64,000 nt of DNA from positions 2,744-66,743 of the forward strand of contig JBCCEC010000012.1 in the NCBI GenBank assembly GCA_039030475.1, in the 5' to 3' direction. The position numbers and the translations under genes are program-made. Shown in pieces: positions 20,929-31,041 of the stretch. Every line of letters begins with the position of its first letter. The first letter of the stretch is position 1. This stretch comes from Bacteroidota bacterium. GTDB taxonomy: Bacteria; Bacteroidota; Bacteroidia; Flavobacteriales; Flavobacteriaceae. The notes under the pieces are model-generated. The model worked only from the letters and a program-made list of their open reading frames with translations, was not told where the DNA came from and searched no databases.

Positions 20929-21111
20929 CGAATATTAGGTTTCTGTTTAAATAAAAAACGTATATTTGAAACTGATGTTGGGAATCCAATATCAAATTTT
21001 CTTTTTCATAGCAATTTTTTTCCCATCCTTGAATTTTTTTAAGGGTGGGTTTTGTTTTTTAAACCACCTTGTCTTCTTGTCCAAATACATATCTTTGAAA
21101 AAATTGTTTAC

Positions 21112-22050
21112 ATGGATAACATCCTTGTTGCCAAAAATGTTTCCAAGTCCTATGGAAACTATACTGCATTGAGCAACATATCTTTAGAAATACCAAAAAA
21201 CTGTATTTATGGCCTTTTAGGGCCCAATGGGGCAGGTAAAACTACGTTCATCAGAATTATAAATCAGATAACGTATCAAGATAAAGGAGAAGTTTTATTC
21301 AATGGTCAGCCGCTAGCTCCCGAACATATTTCCCATATAGGATATCTACCGGAAGAAAGGGGTTTGTACAAAAGCATGAAGGTAGGGGAGCAGGCATTAT
21401 ACCTTGCACAACTTAAGGGATTGTCCAAACAAGATGCAAAAAAAAGGTTGAAGTTTTGGTTTGAGCGATTAAACATAGGAGACTGGTGGAACAAAAAAAT
21501 TCAAGAACTCTCTAAGGGAATGGCGCAAAAAATCCAATTTATCGTAACCGTACTCCATGAACCCAAACTATTGATTTTTGATGAGCCTTTTAGCGGTTTC
21601 GATCCTATCAATGCCAACATCATCAAAGATGAAATTTTACAGCTGAAAGATAAAGGTACTTCGATCATCTTTTCTACACATCGTATGGAGTCTGTAGAGG
21701 AATTATGTGAATATATCGCATTGATTCACAAGTCTGAAAAAATATTGGATGGTAAACTATCAGAAATAAAAAAGGAATATAAAAACAACATTTTCAAAAT
21801 AGGGCTAGAAATAGAACAAAATGGAGATGCTCTGCTAAAACAATTGGAGGAAAAATTCAATATCCTGTCCTCCAGTTTTGATTTTCAAGAAAAGCAACTG
21901 GATTTTACGGTTCAATTACCATCAAATAATACAAGAGATGTGCTTTTGGAAATATCCAAACAAGCAAATGTCAATAGATTTGAGGAGACCATTCCCTCGG
22001 CAAACGATATATTCATTCAGACTGTAAACAATAAAGAGGATAATGGGTAA
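21112..22050 (+). CDS. ABC-2 transporter ATP-binding protein
   Basis: GPNGAGKTT, LSKGMAQK, IFDEPFSG. Confidence 0.93.
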   Translation: MDNILVAKNVSKSYGNYTALSNISLEIPKNCIYGLLGPNGAGKTTFIRIINQITYQDKGEVLFNGQPLAPEHISHIGYLPEERGLYKSMKVGEQALYLAQLKGLSKQDAKKRLKFWFERLNIGDWWNKKIQELSKGMAQKIQFIVTVLHEPKLLIFDEPFSGFDPINANIIKDEILQLKDKGTSIIFSTHRMESVEELCEYIALIHKSEKILDGKLSEIKKEYKNNIFKIGLEIEQNGDALLKQLEEKFNILSSSFDFQEKQLDFTVQLPSNNTRDVLLEISKQANVNRFEETIPSANDIFIQTVNNKEDNG

Positions 22051-23383
22051 GCTGGGGTTGATCATAAAGCGGGAATATTTGGCAAAGGTGCGAAACAAGT
22101 CATTTATTATCATGACATTTCTCAGTCCTATTCTCATAGTGGGAATGATAGTTTTGATAGCCTACCTAACCGAAATTAACGATAGTGAAAAACGGATTAT
22201 TTCGGTCCTTAATGAAAGTGAATTTCTTTCAAAAGAATTTGAACCTACGGAAAGCATGTCTTATGTTCTTTTTAGGGACCTTACATTACAAGAAGCTAAA
22301 GATTCAACGGTTTCATTGGGCTATTATGGTTTGCTCTATCTTCCTAAAGGTATGGATTTAGAAAATGTTGCCGAGTCCTCTTATTTATTTACAAAGGATA
22401 ACCCCAATACGAGTGTAACCCAACGCATAGAAAGTATTTTTCAAAAGCAATTGCTTCAAAAAAGATTGGGAAAGCTTGGGGTTTCTTCGGAACAGTTCTC
22501 CGATATCGAAGCACAGTTCGAAATTAATTTAGCCGCGTTCAGCGGAGAAAAAAGCATAAAGGGCATCAATGAGATCAAGGCTTTTATTGGGGGTGGGTTT
22601 GGTTATGCCATTATGATGTTCATTATCATTTATGGTGGTTTTGTTATGCGTAGCGTCATCGAGGAAAAAACCAGCAGAATTATAGAGGTTATCATTTCTT
22701 CGGTAAAGCCGTTCCAACTCATGCTGGGAAAAATTATAGGAACTTCTCTAGCGGGAATAACCCAATTCACTATATGGATACTATCGGCATCACTTTTGTT
22801 GTTTCTTATTGCACTTTTCTTCGGAATTGATTTTGGTGTGATGGACGCAAATGCATCTATGCCACGTGGACCTATTGGTGGAGTAGCTCAATTTTCCAAT
22901 TCGCTTGATAGCGATACCATGCTTTATGCCAACGAAATCCTAAATATTCCATGGATGCTTTTGATAAGTTCTTTTTTGATTTACTTTGTTTTGGGATATC
23001 TTATTTACAGTTCAATTTATGCTGCCATTGGAGCGGCCGTAGATAATGAAACAGATACCCAACAGTTTATTTTTCCAATTATATTACCGCTCATGTTAGG
23101 GATTTATGTAGGTTTCTTTTCTGTGTTCAGTAACCCTAATGGGCCTATTGCGGTAGGCTTTTCCTTATTTCCATTGACTTCCCCAATAGTAATGTTAATG
23201 AGGCTTCCTGGGGGTATTGGAGAAGGTGGAGTACCTTTATGGCAATTATTGTTGTCCATTGGTTTGCTGATTGTTACGTTTTTGGGCATAGTATCATTGG
23301 CGGCCAAAATCTATAGAGTTGGTATTTTAATGTATGGAAAAAGGCCAACATACAAGGAATTGTTTAAATGGTTGAGATATTAA
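22043..23383 (+). CDS. ABC-2 permease (NatB-like)
   Basis: IIKREYLAKVR, VIEEKTSRIIEV, GKIIG; overlaps the ATPase gene. Confidence 0.92.
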   Translation: MGKLGLIIKREYLAKVRNKSFIIMTFLSPILIVGMIVLIAYLTEINDSEKRIISVLNESEFLSKEFEPTESMSYVLFRDLTLQEAKDSTVSLGYYGLLYLPKGMDLENVAESSYLFTKDNPNTSVTQRIESIFQKQLLQKRLGKLGVSSEQFSDIEAQFEINLAAFSGEKSIKGINEIKAFIGGGFGYAIMMFIIIYGGFVMRSVIEEKTSRIIEVIISSVKPFQLMLGKIIGTSLAGITQFTIWILSASLLLFLIALFFGIDFGVMDANASMPRGPIGGVAQFSNSLDSDTMLYANEILNIPWMLLISSFLIYFVLGYLIYSSIYAAIGAAVDNETDTQQFIFPIILPLMLGIYVGFFSVFSNPNGPIAVGFSLFPLTSPIVMLMRLPGGIGEGGVPLWQLLLSIGLLIVTFLGIVSLAAKIYRVGILMYGKRPTYKELFKWLRY

Positions 23384-23389
23384 GTTAAA

Positions 23390-24268
23390 ATGCAGGAAGA
23401 AACCAGTGAGATAAAAGAAATTATTGAAGAAGATATCTGGGGTTCCATTAAAGAATTTTTGGACTTTGGATTTCACCTTGGAGAAGGTGACAAATCCATC
23501 AACCTGACTGTTGGCTTGTTGCTTCTTGTTACTGTAGCCTTTGTTTTTACCAAGTTTGTAATGAAATGGCTAAAACATTTGTTCACCAGGAAAATGGATT
23601 TGGAGGATAAACGGAAATTTGCCAGTGTTTTTAAGTTTATCAATTATGTGATTTATCTGGTGGTCGTGCTGGTTACATTGAGCGCTGCCGGAATCGACAT
23701 CACACTTATCATTACCGCTTCTGCAGCTTTGTTCGTAGGATTGGGACTGGCATTGCAAGAACTGTTTCAAGATATTCTGGGAGGTATTTTTATTATTATT
23801 GATAAATCTTTACAAGTTGGTGATATTGTTGAGGTCGATGGAAAAGTTGGTAAAGTATTTGAGATAAAATTACGAACAACCAGGGCATTGACCCGTGATG
23901 ATAAAGTCATTATTATTCCCAATCATAAATTTGTTAGCGATATTGTATACAATTACACGCAGAACCACAGAACTACACGTGAAAAGGTAAATATTGGGGT
24001 AGCTTACGGAAGCGATGTTGCCTTGGTCACTAAAATTTTAGAAGAAGTTGCTGCTGAGCAGAAGCAAGTACTAAAAAATCCAAAACCATTTGTTCTTTTT
24101 GATGATTTTGGTGATTCTGCGCTCCTTTTTTCGCTTCACTTTTTTACCAATGATAGTTTTGGTGACCCTAAAATTAAAAGTGAGATTCGCTATAATATAA
24201 ATACCAAATTCAAAGAAAACGAAATCAGCATACCATTCCCTCAACGAGATGTTCATTTAAAACAATAA
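23390..24268 (+). CDS. Small-conductance mechanosensitive channel family protein
   Basis: GLGLALQ, VGDIVEVDG, IIIPN, IGVAYGSD, IPFPQRDVH. Confidence 0.93.
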   Translation: MQEETSEIKEIIEEDIWGSIKEFLDFGFHLGEGDKSINLTVGLLLLVTVAFVFTKFVMKWLKHLFTRKMDLEDKRKFASVFKFINYVIYLVVVLVTLSAAGIDITLIITASAALFVGLGLALQELFQDILGGIFIIIDKSLQVGDIVEVDGKVGKVFEIKLRTTRALTRDDKVIIIPNHKFVSDIVYNYTQNHRTTREKVNIGVAYGSDVALVTKILEEVAAEQKQVLKNPKPFVLFDDFGDSALLFSLHFFTNDSFGDPKIKSEIRYNINTKFKENEISIPFPQRDVHLKQ

Positions 24269-24330
24269 AACCCCTAGAACATATAAAAACACCAACATAT
24301 CATACAGTAACAAGGTTAATCTTTATTTTC

Positions 24331-25179
24331 TTGGGCATATTATACAGTGAAATATCTTTAGGCCAGAGTTCGGATATCTTTAGATTGGAGTATCTGAACA
24401 TTCCAGAAAACGATACGGGGATTAAAACACAGCGCTATAGATTTCTCTTTAACCTTCCTATTAAACTTAACGAAAAGAAAGACTATCTAATCACTGGTGT
24501 CGAATACAATAAACTGGATATTGGATACTCTCAGGATTTTCCTTTTGACAGTAGTGAATTAAATAGGTTTCATGTGGTAGACTTTAACTTGGGATACATC
24601 ACAAAATGGAACGAAAATTGGAACCTAGTAGCAATACTTACACCAAGGTTGGCTTCCAATTTCATAAACGGAGCTATGACAGATGATTTTTTTATGAATG
24701 CAACGGCTACATTATGGAAGGAGAACTCCAAGGCGGACAAACCGTTTAGAATTGTTTTAGGGCTTTCCTATAATAGTACTGCCGGTCTTCCCATTCCGCT
24801 ACCTATTGTTAGTTACTATAAAAGATTTCATCCAAATTGGTCATATACCTTGGGCATACCACGGACAAATTTCAAATACCACATCACTAAAAAGCATACG
24901 TTGGAAACCACACTATTATTGGATGGATATTTTATCAATCTTCAGAACGATATCCTTTTACCAGATAATCGAGTTGGGTCAAGAATAACCCTTTCCGCAT
25001 TAGTGGGAGCGCTTGGTTATCAATATAATATGTCAAAACGGATGTCTCTTTATGCCTTGGTTGGGCGCTCCTTTGAACAAGGCGGGAATTTAAGAAACGA
25101 TAATAGGGAAGACGTTTTTTTATTGAATGACGAATCAAATCTTTATATTAGAACTGGGTTCAAGATTGGAATTTTTTAA
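24331..25179 (+). CDS. Outer-membrane beta-barrel protein (DUF6268-like); true start may be ATA at 24283
   Basis: Alternating aromatic strands, C-terminal GFKIGIF; frame is open upstream. Confidence 0.7.
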   Translation: MGILYSEISLGQSSDIFRLEYLNIPENDTGIKTQRYRFLFNLPIKLNEKKDYLITGVEYNKLDIGYSQDFPFDSSELNRFHVVDFNLGYITKWNENWNLVAILTPRLASNFINGAMTDDFFMNATATLWKENSKADKPFRIVLGLSYNSTAGLPIPLPIVSYYKRFHPNWSYTLGIPRTNFKYHITKKHTLETTLLLDGYFINLQNDILLPDNRVGSRITLSALVGALGYQYNMSKRMSLYALVGRSFEQGGNLRNDNREDVFLLNDESNLYIRTGFKIGIF

Positions 25180-25189
25180 ATAGCACATT

Positions 25190-26353
25190 ATGTCAAAAAT
25201 ATTGGTAATAGAAGACGAATCAGCCATACGTAGAGTTTTGGTAAAGATTTTAGGGGAAGAAAGCGATACCTATAATGTACTTGAGGCAGAAGATGGCTTA
25301 AGAGGTATTGAAACCATAAAAAAAGAGGATTTTGATTTGGTGCTCTGTGATATAAAAATGCCAAAGATGGATGGCGTTGAAGTGCTCGAAGCTGCAAAAA
25401 AGATTAAGCCAGAGATACCGTTTATTATGATTTCGGGTCATGGTGACTTGGATACTGCCGTAAATACAATGCGTCTTGGAGCATTTGACTACATATCCAA
25501 ACCCCCAGATTTAAACCGGTTGTTGACTACGGTGAGAAATGCGCTAGATCGTAAAGAACTGGTCGTGGAAAATAAGATTCTTAAAAAGAAGGTTTCCAAG
25601 AACTATGAAATGGTGGGTGAAAGCCAGGAAATAGGTGTCATAAAAGATATGATCGAGAAGGTCGCTCCGACAGATGCCCGTGTTTTGATTACTGGTTCCA
25701 ATGGAACGGGAAAAGAACTTGTTGCACATTGGCTACATGAAAAGAGCCCTAGGTCCTCAGCACCTTTCATTGAGGTCAACTGCGCTGCTATTCCATCAGA
25801 ATTGATAGAAAGTGAACTTTTTGGTCATGTTAAAGGTGCATTTACGTCTGCCGTAAAAGATAGGGCAGGTAAATTTGAAGCAGCCAATAAGGGTACTATT
25901 TTTTTGGATGAAATAGGGGATATGAGCCTATCCGCCCAAGCCAAGGTGCTAAGAGCGCTACAAGAAAATAAGATTTCTAGGGTTGGTACGGATAAAGACA
26001 TAAAAGTAGATGTTCGTGTTTTGGCGGCCACCAACAAAAATCTAAAGAAAGAAATAGAAGAAGGTAAATTTAGGGAAGACCTGTATCATCGTTTGGCGGT
26101 CATTTTAATAAAAGTGCCGGCATTGAATGATAGAAGAGAAGATATTCCCATGTTAATCGACTTCTTCTCGGAAAAAATAGCTTCGGAACAGGGCACAGCC
26201 CAAAAAAGTTTTTCAAAAAAGGCCATAGCGCTTCTAAAAGGCTATGATTGGACAGGAAACGTACGAGAGTTACGTAATGTGGTGGAACGATTAATTATTC
26301 TTGGAGGAAAAGAAGTTTCTGAAGATGATGTAAAATTGTTTGCCAGCAAATAG
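25190..26353 (+). CDS. Sigma54-type response regulator (REC + AAA+), lacking C-terminal HTH
   Basis: LCDIKMP receiver; GSNGTGKE; ELFGHVKGAFTSA; FLDEIGD; WTGNVRELRNVVER, then ends. Confidence 0.9.
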   Translation: MSKILVIEDESAIRRVLVKILGEESDTYNVLEAEDGLRGIETIKKEDFDLVLCDIKMPKMDGVEVLEAAKKIKPEIPFIMISGHGDLDTAVNTMRLGAFDYISKPPDLNRLLTTVRNALDRKELVVENKILKKKVSKNYEMVGESQEIGVIKDMIEKVAPTDARVLITGSNGTGKELVAHWLHEKSPRSSAPFIEVNCAAIPSELIESELFGHVKGAFTSAVKDRAGKFEAANKGTIFLDEIGDMSLSAQAKVLRALQENKISRVGTDKDIKVDVRVLAATNKNLKKEIEEGKFREDLYHRLAVILIKVPALNDRREDIPMLIDFFSEKIASEQGTAQKSFSKKAIALLKGYDWTGNVRELRNVVERLIILGGKEVSEDDVKLFASK

Positions 26354-26363
26354 CATATAATTT

Positions 26364-27074
26364 CTATTTAGAGCAATCCCCTAAACGTGAGAGTGCCTCG
26401 TCGGAGAGGGTCTTTACACGTTGATGGTATAGCTTTTTAGGCTCGGATAACTTAGTGTCCAAAAGAGTTAATCTTGCTTCTTCCCTTGTTTTTGAGATAA
26501 ATGCGAAGGCCTCTTTACAATTCACTTCTTTTACTACTTTATCCAAAGAATTTTCAAAGCCTAACAAACAATTATGTATTTGTTGTTTTGAAGGTTTTTT
26601 TTGTGGTTCAATAACGCCGTTTTGAGCGAGTAATACATCTTTCGTATTTAAAACCAACAAGTTATTACCGTAAACACTGGAAAAATCTTGGTCATAGTTC
26701 TTGAGAACATTCATTCCAATTTCGGTACTTTCCAATGCACTGTGCAACGATTTTCTAGACTCCTCAAAAGAAGTAGCTTTTGTGGCAGTTTTCAGGTGGG
26801 CAAGAGTTTTATCAAGGCTTTCAATAGTACCTTCACAACCACAGTCTATAAAATTATATTTGGTTTTTTCGATTCCATTGAGTGCTTTATAGGCATAATA
26901 TTTAGACCTGTTGAAATCGTTGGCTACAATAGCCCTTTGCGTCTGACTTTGTATATATTCCAAGTTGGAATTGGCATACTCACATGCATTTCTTATGCTA
27001 AAAGAGGATAGCAGAAATAGGCTGATAACACCAATAACAAAGATGATGAAAAGAATAACCTTTTTAGTTCTCAT
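26364..27074 (-). CDS. Hypothetical exported helical protein
   Basis: 236 aa ORF, N-terminal hydrophobic segment, several Cys (CGC). Confidence 0.7.
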   Translation of the reverse strand: MRTKKVILFIIFVIGVISLFLLSSFSIRNACEYANSNLEYIQSQTQRAIVANDFNRSKYYAYKALNGIEKTKYNFIDCGCEGTIESLDKTLAHLKTATKATSFEESRKSLHSALESTEIGMNVLKNYDQDFSSVYGNNLLVLNTKDVLLAQNGVIEPQKKPSKQQIHNCLLGFENSLDKVVKEVNCKEAFAFISKTREEARLTLLDTKLSEPKKLYHQRVKTLSDEALSRLGDCSK

Positions 27075-27253
27075 AACGCTAGATTTGGGACTTTGCGTCT
27101 TATTATTCCTACTAAATTAGTTCAAGAATCACATGAAAGCCAAAAAAATCGTTAAAAAACAATCAATCGCTATGAGTTGCATTAAGGATCGGTGAATAGT
27201 TGTTTTGAAGCGATGAATGGAGTATTGGTGAAAAAAAAAGTATATTCATAACC

Positions 27254-28135
27254 ATGAAAAAAATTGATACAGGAGATTACTTGGTGAAAAAAGAGATAGT
27301 GCTTTCAAAACGTGCCACTTCAGAAGATTTTCATGCAAGTGATGAGAACCTCAAAGATGAACTCAAGAATATCAGAAAAGATTTAGGGAAATTCCAAAAT
27401 ACGCTTTACGCTCATGGAAAGTATAGTGTACTTATTTGTCTTCAGGGAATGGACACTTCTGGCAAGGATAGTCTGGTACGGGAAGTCTTTAAAGACTTTA
27501 ATGTAAGGGGGGTGGTAGTGCATAGTTTCAAAGTACCTACCGAACTGGAATTAAAACACGACTATCTGTGGCGTCATTATATTGCATTGCCGGCGCGCGG
27601 TAAGTTCAGTATTTTTAATAGAACCCATTATGAAAATGTATTGGTAACAAAGGTACATCCAGAATACATCTTGGGCGAAAATATTCCCGGAATCGAATCG
27701 GTATCTGATATAGATGCATCATTTTGGGAAAATCGATATAGGCAGATCAATGATTTTGAAAAGCATATCGCCGAAAATGGTACTGTAATCTTCAAGTTTT
27801 ATCTTCATCTTTCCAAGGAAGAGCAACGACAACGTCTATTGCGCAGACTAAGGCTAAAAGAAAAGAATTGGAAGTTTTCCCCTAGTGACCTTAAAGAGCG
27901 AAAGTTGTGGGATGATTATCAAACCTGTTATGAAGAAGCGATCAATAAAACATCAAAGCCCCATGCCCCTTGGTTTGTGATTCCTGCGGACAATAAAAAA
28001 GCAGCACGTGTAATCGTCGCTTCTATCCTCTTGCAAGAGTTAAAAAAGTATAAAGATGTTAAAGAACCTGAGTTAGAAGAGAAAATAAGAGTTAATTTAG
28101 AAAGCTTTAAGCAAGAATTGGAAAAAGAATCCTAA
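27254..28135 (+). CDS. ppk2: Polyphosphate kinase 2 family
   Basis: QGMDTSGKD Walker A, FNRTHYE, SDLKERKLWDDY, PWFVIPADNK. Confidence 0.93.
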   Translation: MKKIDTGDYLVKKEIVLSKRATSEDFHASDENLKDELKNIRKDLGKFQNTLYAHGKYSVLICLQGMDTSGKDSLVREVFKDFNVRGVVVHSFKVPTELELKHDYLWRHYIALPARGKFSIFNRTHYENVLVTKVHPEYILGENIPGIESVSDIDASFWENRYRQINDFEKHIAENGTVIFKFYLHLSKEEQRQRLLRRLRLKEKNWKFSPSDLKERKLWDDYQTCYEEAINKTSKPHAPWFVIPADNKKAARVIVASILLQELKKYKDVKEPELEEKIRVNLESFKQELEKES

Positions 28136-29532
28136 TGAGAGTAATCGTACTAATGGCCATTCTTTTGGTCAGCACCCCTTTTTTTTCACAGACAGATGAT
28201 GAAAAACAACTCAAGGCGATATATGACAAGGCCTTGACCAATGGAAAAGCTTATGATTGGCTGAACTACCTTTCCAACCAGATAGGTGGACGTCTATCAG
28301 GATCGGTGCAGGCCCAGCAAGCCGTTGATTATACCAAAAAACAATTGGATTCCATAGGACTCGATAGGGTATGGTTACAACCTGTAATGGTTCCAAAATG
28401 GGTTAGGGGAACTCCAGAGTTTGCATATGTAGAGACAAAACCTGGACTTACCACAAATGTGCCTATTTGTGCACTTGGCGGTTCAGTGGCTACACCAGAT
28501 GGAGGTTTAAAGGCCAATATAGTTGAGGTACAAGGTATAGAGGATTTGGAAAAATTGGGGAAGGATAAAATAGCAGGTAAGATCGTTTTTTACAATCGTC
28601 CCATGGACCCAACCAAAATAAGTACGTTTTCAGCTTATTCAGGTTGTGTGGACCAACGTTATTCGGGAGCTGCCGAGGCTGGTAAGTATGGTGCTGCCGG
28701 GGTAATTGTACGTTCAGTAAACCTGCGTTTGGATGACTATCCACATACAGGCTCTATGAGTTATGGGGATACTCCTGTCTCCGATAGAATTCCAGCTGCG
28801 GCAATTAGTACAAAAGGTGCAGAATTGTTGAGTACCACCCTTACGTTGAACCCAGATATTAAGTTTTATTTCAAACAAAACTGTAAACAGTTTGATGATG
28901 TAAAATCCTATAATGTCATTGGAGAGATTAAAGGCTCTACGTATCCTGATGAAATTATGATAGTGGGCGGACATCTAGATTCTTGGGATTTAGGCGATGG
29001 TTCTCACGATGATGGTGCGGGAGTGGTTCAAAGTATGGATGTATTACGATTGATAAAGGCCAATGGGTACAAACCCAAAAGGACCTTGCGTGTTGTTTTG
29101 TTTATGAACGAGGAAAATGGTTTGCGAGGCGGTAATAAATATGCTGAGATTGCAAAAAGTAAAAAAGAGAACCATGTTTTTGCTTTGGAAAGTGACGCTG
29201 GTGGATTTACCCCTAGAGGTTTTTCTTTTGATTGTACCGATGAAAATTTTGATCAGGTACTCAGTTGGAAAAAGTTGTTTGAGCCGTATTTGATACATCT
29301 ATTCATAAAAGGCGGTAGTGGGGCGGATATTGGACCTTTAAAAACTGATGATTTAGTACTTGCTGGATTACGACCGGATTCCCAACGTTATTTTGATCAT
29401 CACCATGCGGAAAATGATACGTTCGAGCATGTAAATAAACGTGAATTGGAACTAGGTGCGGCCACCATGGCAAGTTTGGTGTATCTTTTTGATAAATATG
29501 GAACGATTACCTCTAAAAAGATAAAGGGCTGA
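28135..29532 (+). CDS. M28/M20-type metallopeptidase with PA domain
   Basis: GHLDSWD, DDGAG, NEENG, YFDHHH; signal peptide. Confidence 0.9.
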   Translation: MRVIVLMAILLVSTPFFSQTDDEKQLKAIYDKALTNGKAYDWLNYLSNQIGGRLSGSVQAQQAVDYTKKQLDSIGLDRVWLQPVMVPKWVRGTPEFAYVETKPGLTTNVPICALGGSVATPDGGLKANIVEVQGIEDLEKLGKDKIAGKIVFYNRPMDPTKISTFSAYSGCVDQRYSGAAEAGKYGAAGVIVRSVNLRLDDYPHTGSMSYGDTPVSDRIPAAAISTKGAELLSTTLTLNPDIKFYFKQNCKQFDDVKSYNVIGEIKGSTYPDEIMIVGGHLDSWDLGDGSHDDGAGVVQSMDVLRLIKANGYKPKRTLRVVLFMNEENGLRGGNKYAEIAKSKKENHVFALESDAGGFTPRGFSFDCTDENFDQVLSWKKLFEPYLIHLFIKGGSGADIGPLKTDDLVLAGLRPDSQRYFDHHHAENDTFEHVNKRELELGAATMASLVYLFDKYGTITSKKIKG

Positions 29533-29677
29533 AAAAGAGCTACAAAACAATAAAACTTAAACATTTCCTATTTTTCTTGATTCCAAATTGTTGTCTTTTT
29601 TGATACTAAAGACAATCAATAAAACCGCTACCTTTGCATTCTTTAAAATTTCAGGTTAATACTATAATAGAAAAGAG

Positions 29678-30610
29678 ATGCAAGACGGAATTTACGCAAA
29701 ATTTAATACTACAAAGGGTGAGATTTTAGTAAAATTGACCCATGATAAGACCCCTGGTACGGTAGGCAACTTTGTGGCCTTGGCAGAGGGCAATATGGAA
29801 AATGGCAGCAAGCCACAAGGGAAGCCCTACTATGATGGACTTAAGTTTCACCGTGTCATACAGGATTTCATGATTCAGGGAGGATGTCCTCAAGGAACGG
29901 GAACGGGTGACCCAGGATACAAGTTCGATGACGAGTTTCATCCAGGACTTACGCATGAGGGGCCAGGCGTACTTTCCATGGCCAATGCGGGCCCTGGAAC
30001 CAATGGCAGTCAATTTTTTATAACGCATGTTGCTACACCTTGGTTGGATAACAAACATACAGTTTTTGGTTTTGTGGAACACGGACAAGAAGTTGTCGAT
30101 GCCATTGCCCAAAACGATGTTTTGGAAACACTCGAAATTGTAAGAGTGGGATCAGAAGCAGAAAGTTGGAATGCAATTGAAGCATTTAGAACTTTTGAAG
30201 GAGCTAGGGAGCAGCGAATTGCAGAAGAAAAGGCGCAGGCAGAAGCAGAAATGGAAAAATTGGCAGCTGGTTTTGATACAACTGAATCGGGATTACGTTA
30301 TAAAATGATTCAAAAGGGTAGTGGAACAAAAGCTGAAAAGGGTAAAACGGTGTCGGTACACTACGAAGGTAGCTTAACGAACGGACAGGTTTTTGACTCC
30401 TCGTACAGTAGAAATCAACCTATAGATTTTACGTTGGGCGTAGGCCAAGTAATTTCTGGTTGGGATGAAGGTATTGCGTTATTAAAAGTGGGTGATAAGG
30501 CTCGTTTTGTAATACCGTCACATTTAGCTTATGGTAGTGCTGGTGCCGGTGGTGTGATCCCTCCAGATGCAACTTTGATATTTGACGTTGAATTGATGGA
30601 CGTTAAATAA
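29678..30610 (+). CDS. Peptidyl-prolyl isomerase, cyclophilin-FKBP fusion
   Basis: [13 protein letters not shown] and [16 protein letters not shown]; [26 protein letters not shown]. Confidence 0.95.
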   Translation: MQDGIYAKFNTTKGEILVKLTHDKTPGTVGNFVALAEGNMENGSKPQGKPYYDGLKFHRVIQDFMIQGGCPQGTGTGDPGYKFDDEFHPGLTHEGPGVLSMANAGPGTNGSQFFITHVATPWLDNKHTVFGFVEHGQEVVDAIAQNDVLETLEIVRVGSEAESWNAIEAFRTFEGAREQRIAEEKAQAEAEMEKLAAGFDTTESGLRYKMIQKGSGTKAEKGKTVSVHYEGSLTNGQVFDSSYSRNQPIDFTLGVGQVISGWDEGIALLKVGDKARFVIPSHLAYGSAGAGGVIPPDATLIFDVELMDVK

Positions 30611-30633
30611 AAACTGGTTAACTTAAAATGAAC

Positions 30634-30660
30634 AAAAGCTCTCAAATCTTGGGAGCTTTT
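30634..30660. terminator. Terminator shared by PPIase gene and convergent small peptides
   Basis: AAAAGCTCTCA / TGGGAGCTTTT. Confidence 0.75.
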
Positions 30661-30742
30661 ATTTTGATTTATTTACACTTACCAATAACAGACAAAGGTT
30701 AAGTGCAAGTAATAAAAGTAAAACTGTAAAAAACGTGCCCAT
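30659..30742 (-). CDS. Unannotated 27-aa single-TM peptide MGTFFTVLLLLLALNLCLLLVSVNKSK
   Basis: Manual translation, ATG 30742 to TAA 30659; aligns in register with 30866-30952 and 14749-14928. Confidence 0.65.
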   Translation of the reverse strand: MGTFFTVLLLLLALNLCLLLVSVNKSK

Positions 30743-30865
30743 CTGTATTCTATTTATTTTTCGTATATAATTCTTATCCTAACAACAACCGAACGGAAAA
30801 AAACCCTACTATATTGTCCATTCACTTTTTTAATACCCTTCATTGAGTACAAAGAATATCAAAAT

Positions 30866-30961
30866 CTACTTTTTTGAACTAGTCAGACTCAATAAAAGCA
30901 GTACTATATTAACAACCAGTAAAACTGATAGAATTGCAAAAAAGGTTCCCATAGTGTTCAT
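30866..30961 (-). CDS. Unannotated 28-31-aa single-TM peptide (MNT)MGTFFAILSVLLVVNIVLLLLSLTSSKK
   Basis: Manual translation, ATG 30961 or 30952 to TAG 30866; paralogue of adjacent peptide. Confidence 0.65.
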   Translation of the reverse strand: MNTMGTFFAILSVLLVVNIVLLLLSLTSSKK

Positions 30962-31033
30962 TTAATAGGTGGGAAAGTTTAGTTTGTTTAAACTTTAGAT
31001 GGGAAAAAGCTAATAGGTTGCGTTTAGGTTAAA

Positions 31034-31041
31034 CAAAATTA
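31034..31041 (-). promoter_or_regulatory. -7 box upstream of the tandem peptides
   Basis: TAATTTTG on the minus strand followed by TTTAAC, same context as TACTTTTGTTTAAC at 14945-14958. Confidence 0.55.

Noticed and set aside
27231-27239. A-homopolymers (also 8296-8304, 1630-1637) as phase-variation tracts
   Set aside because: Runs of 8-9 A/T are expected in AT-rich DNA and the frames are intact.
30754-30843. 29-aa ORF MKGIKKVNG... between the two small peptides
   Set aside because: No similarity to the paralogues and no other support; probably a chance ORF.
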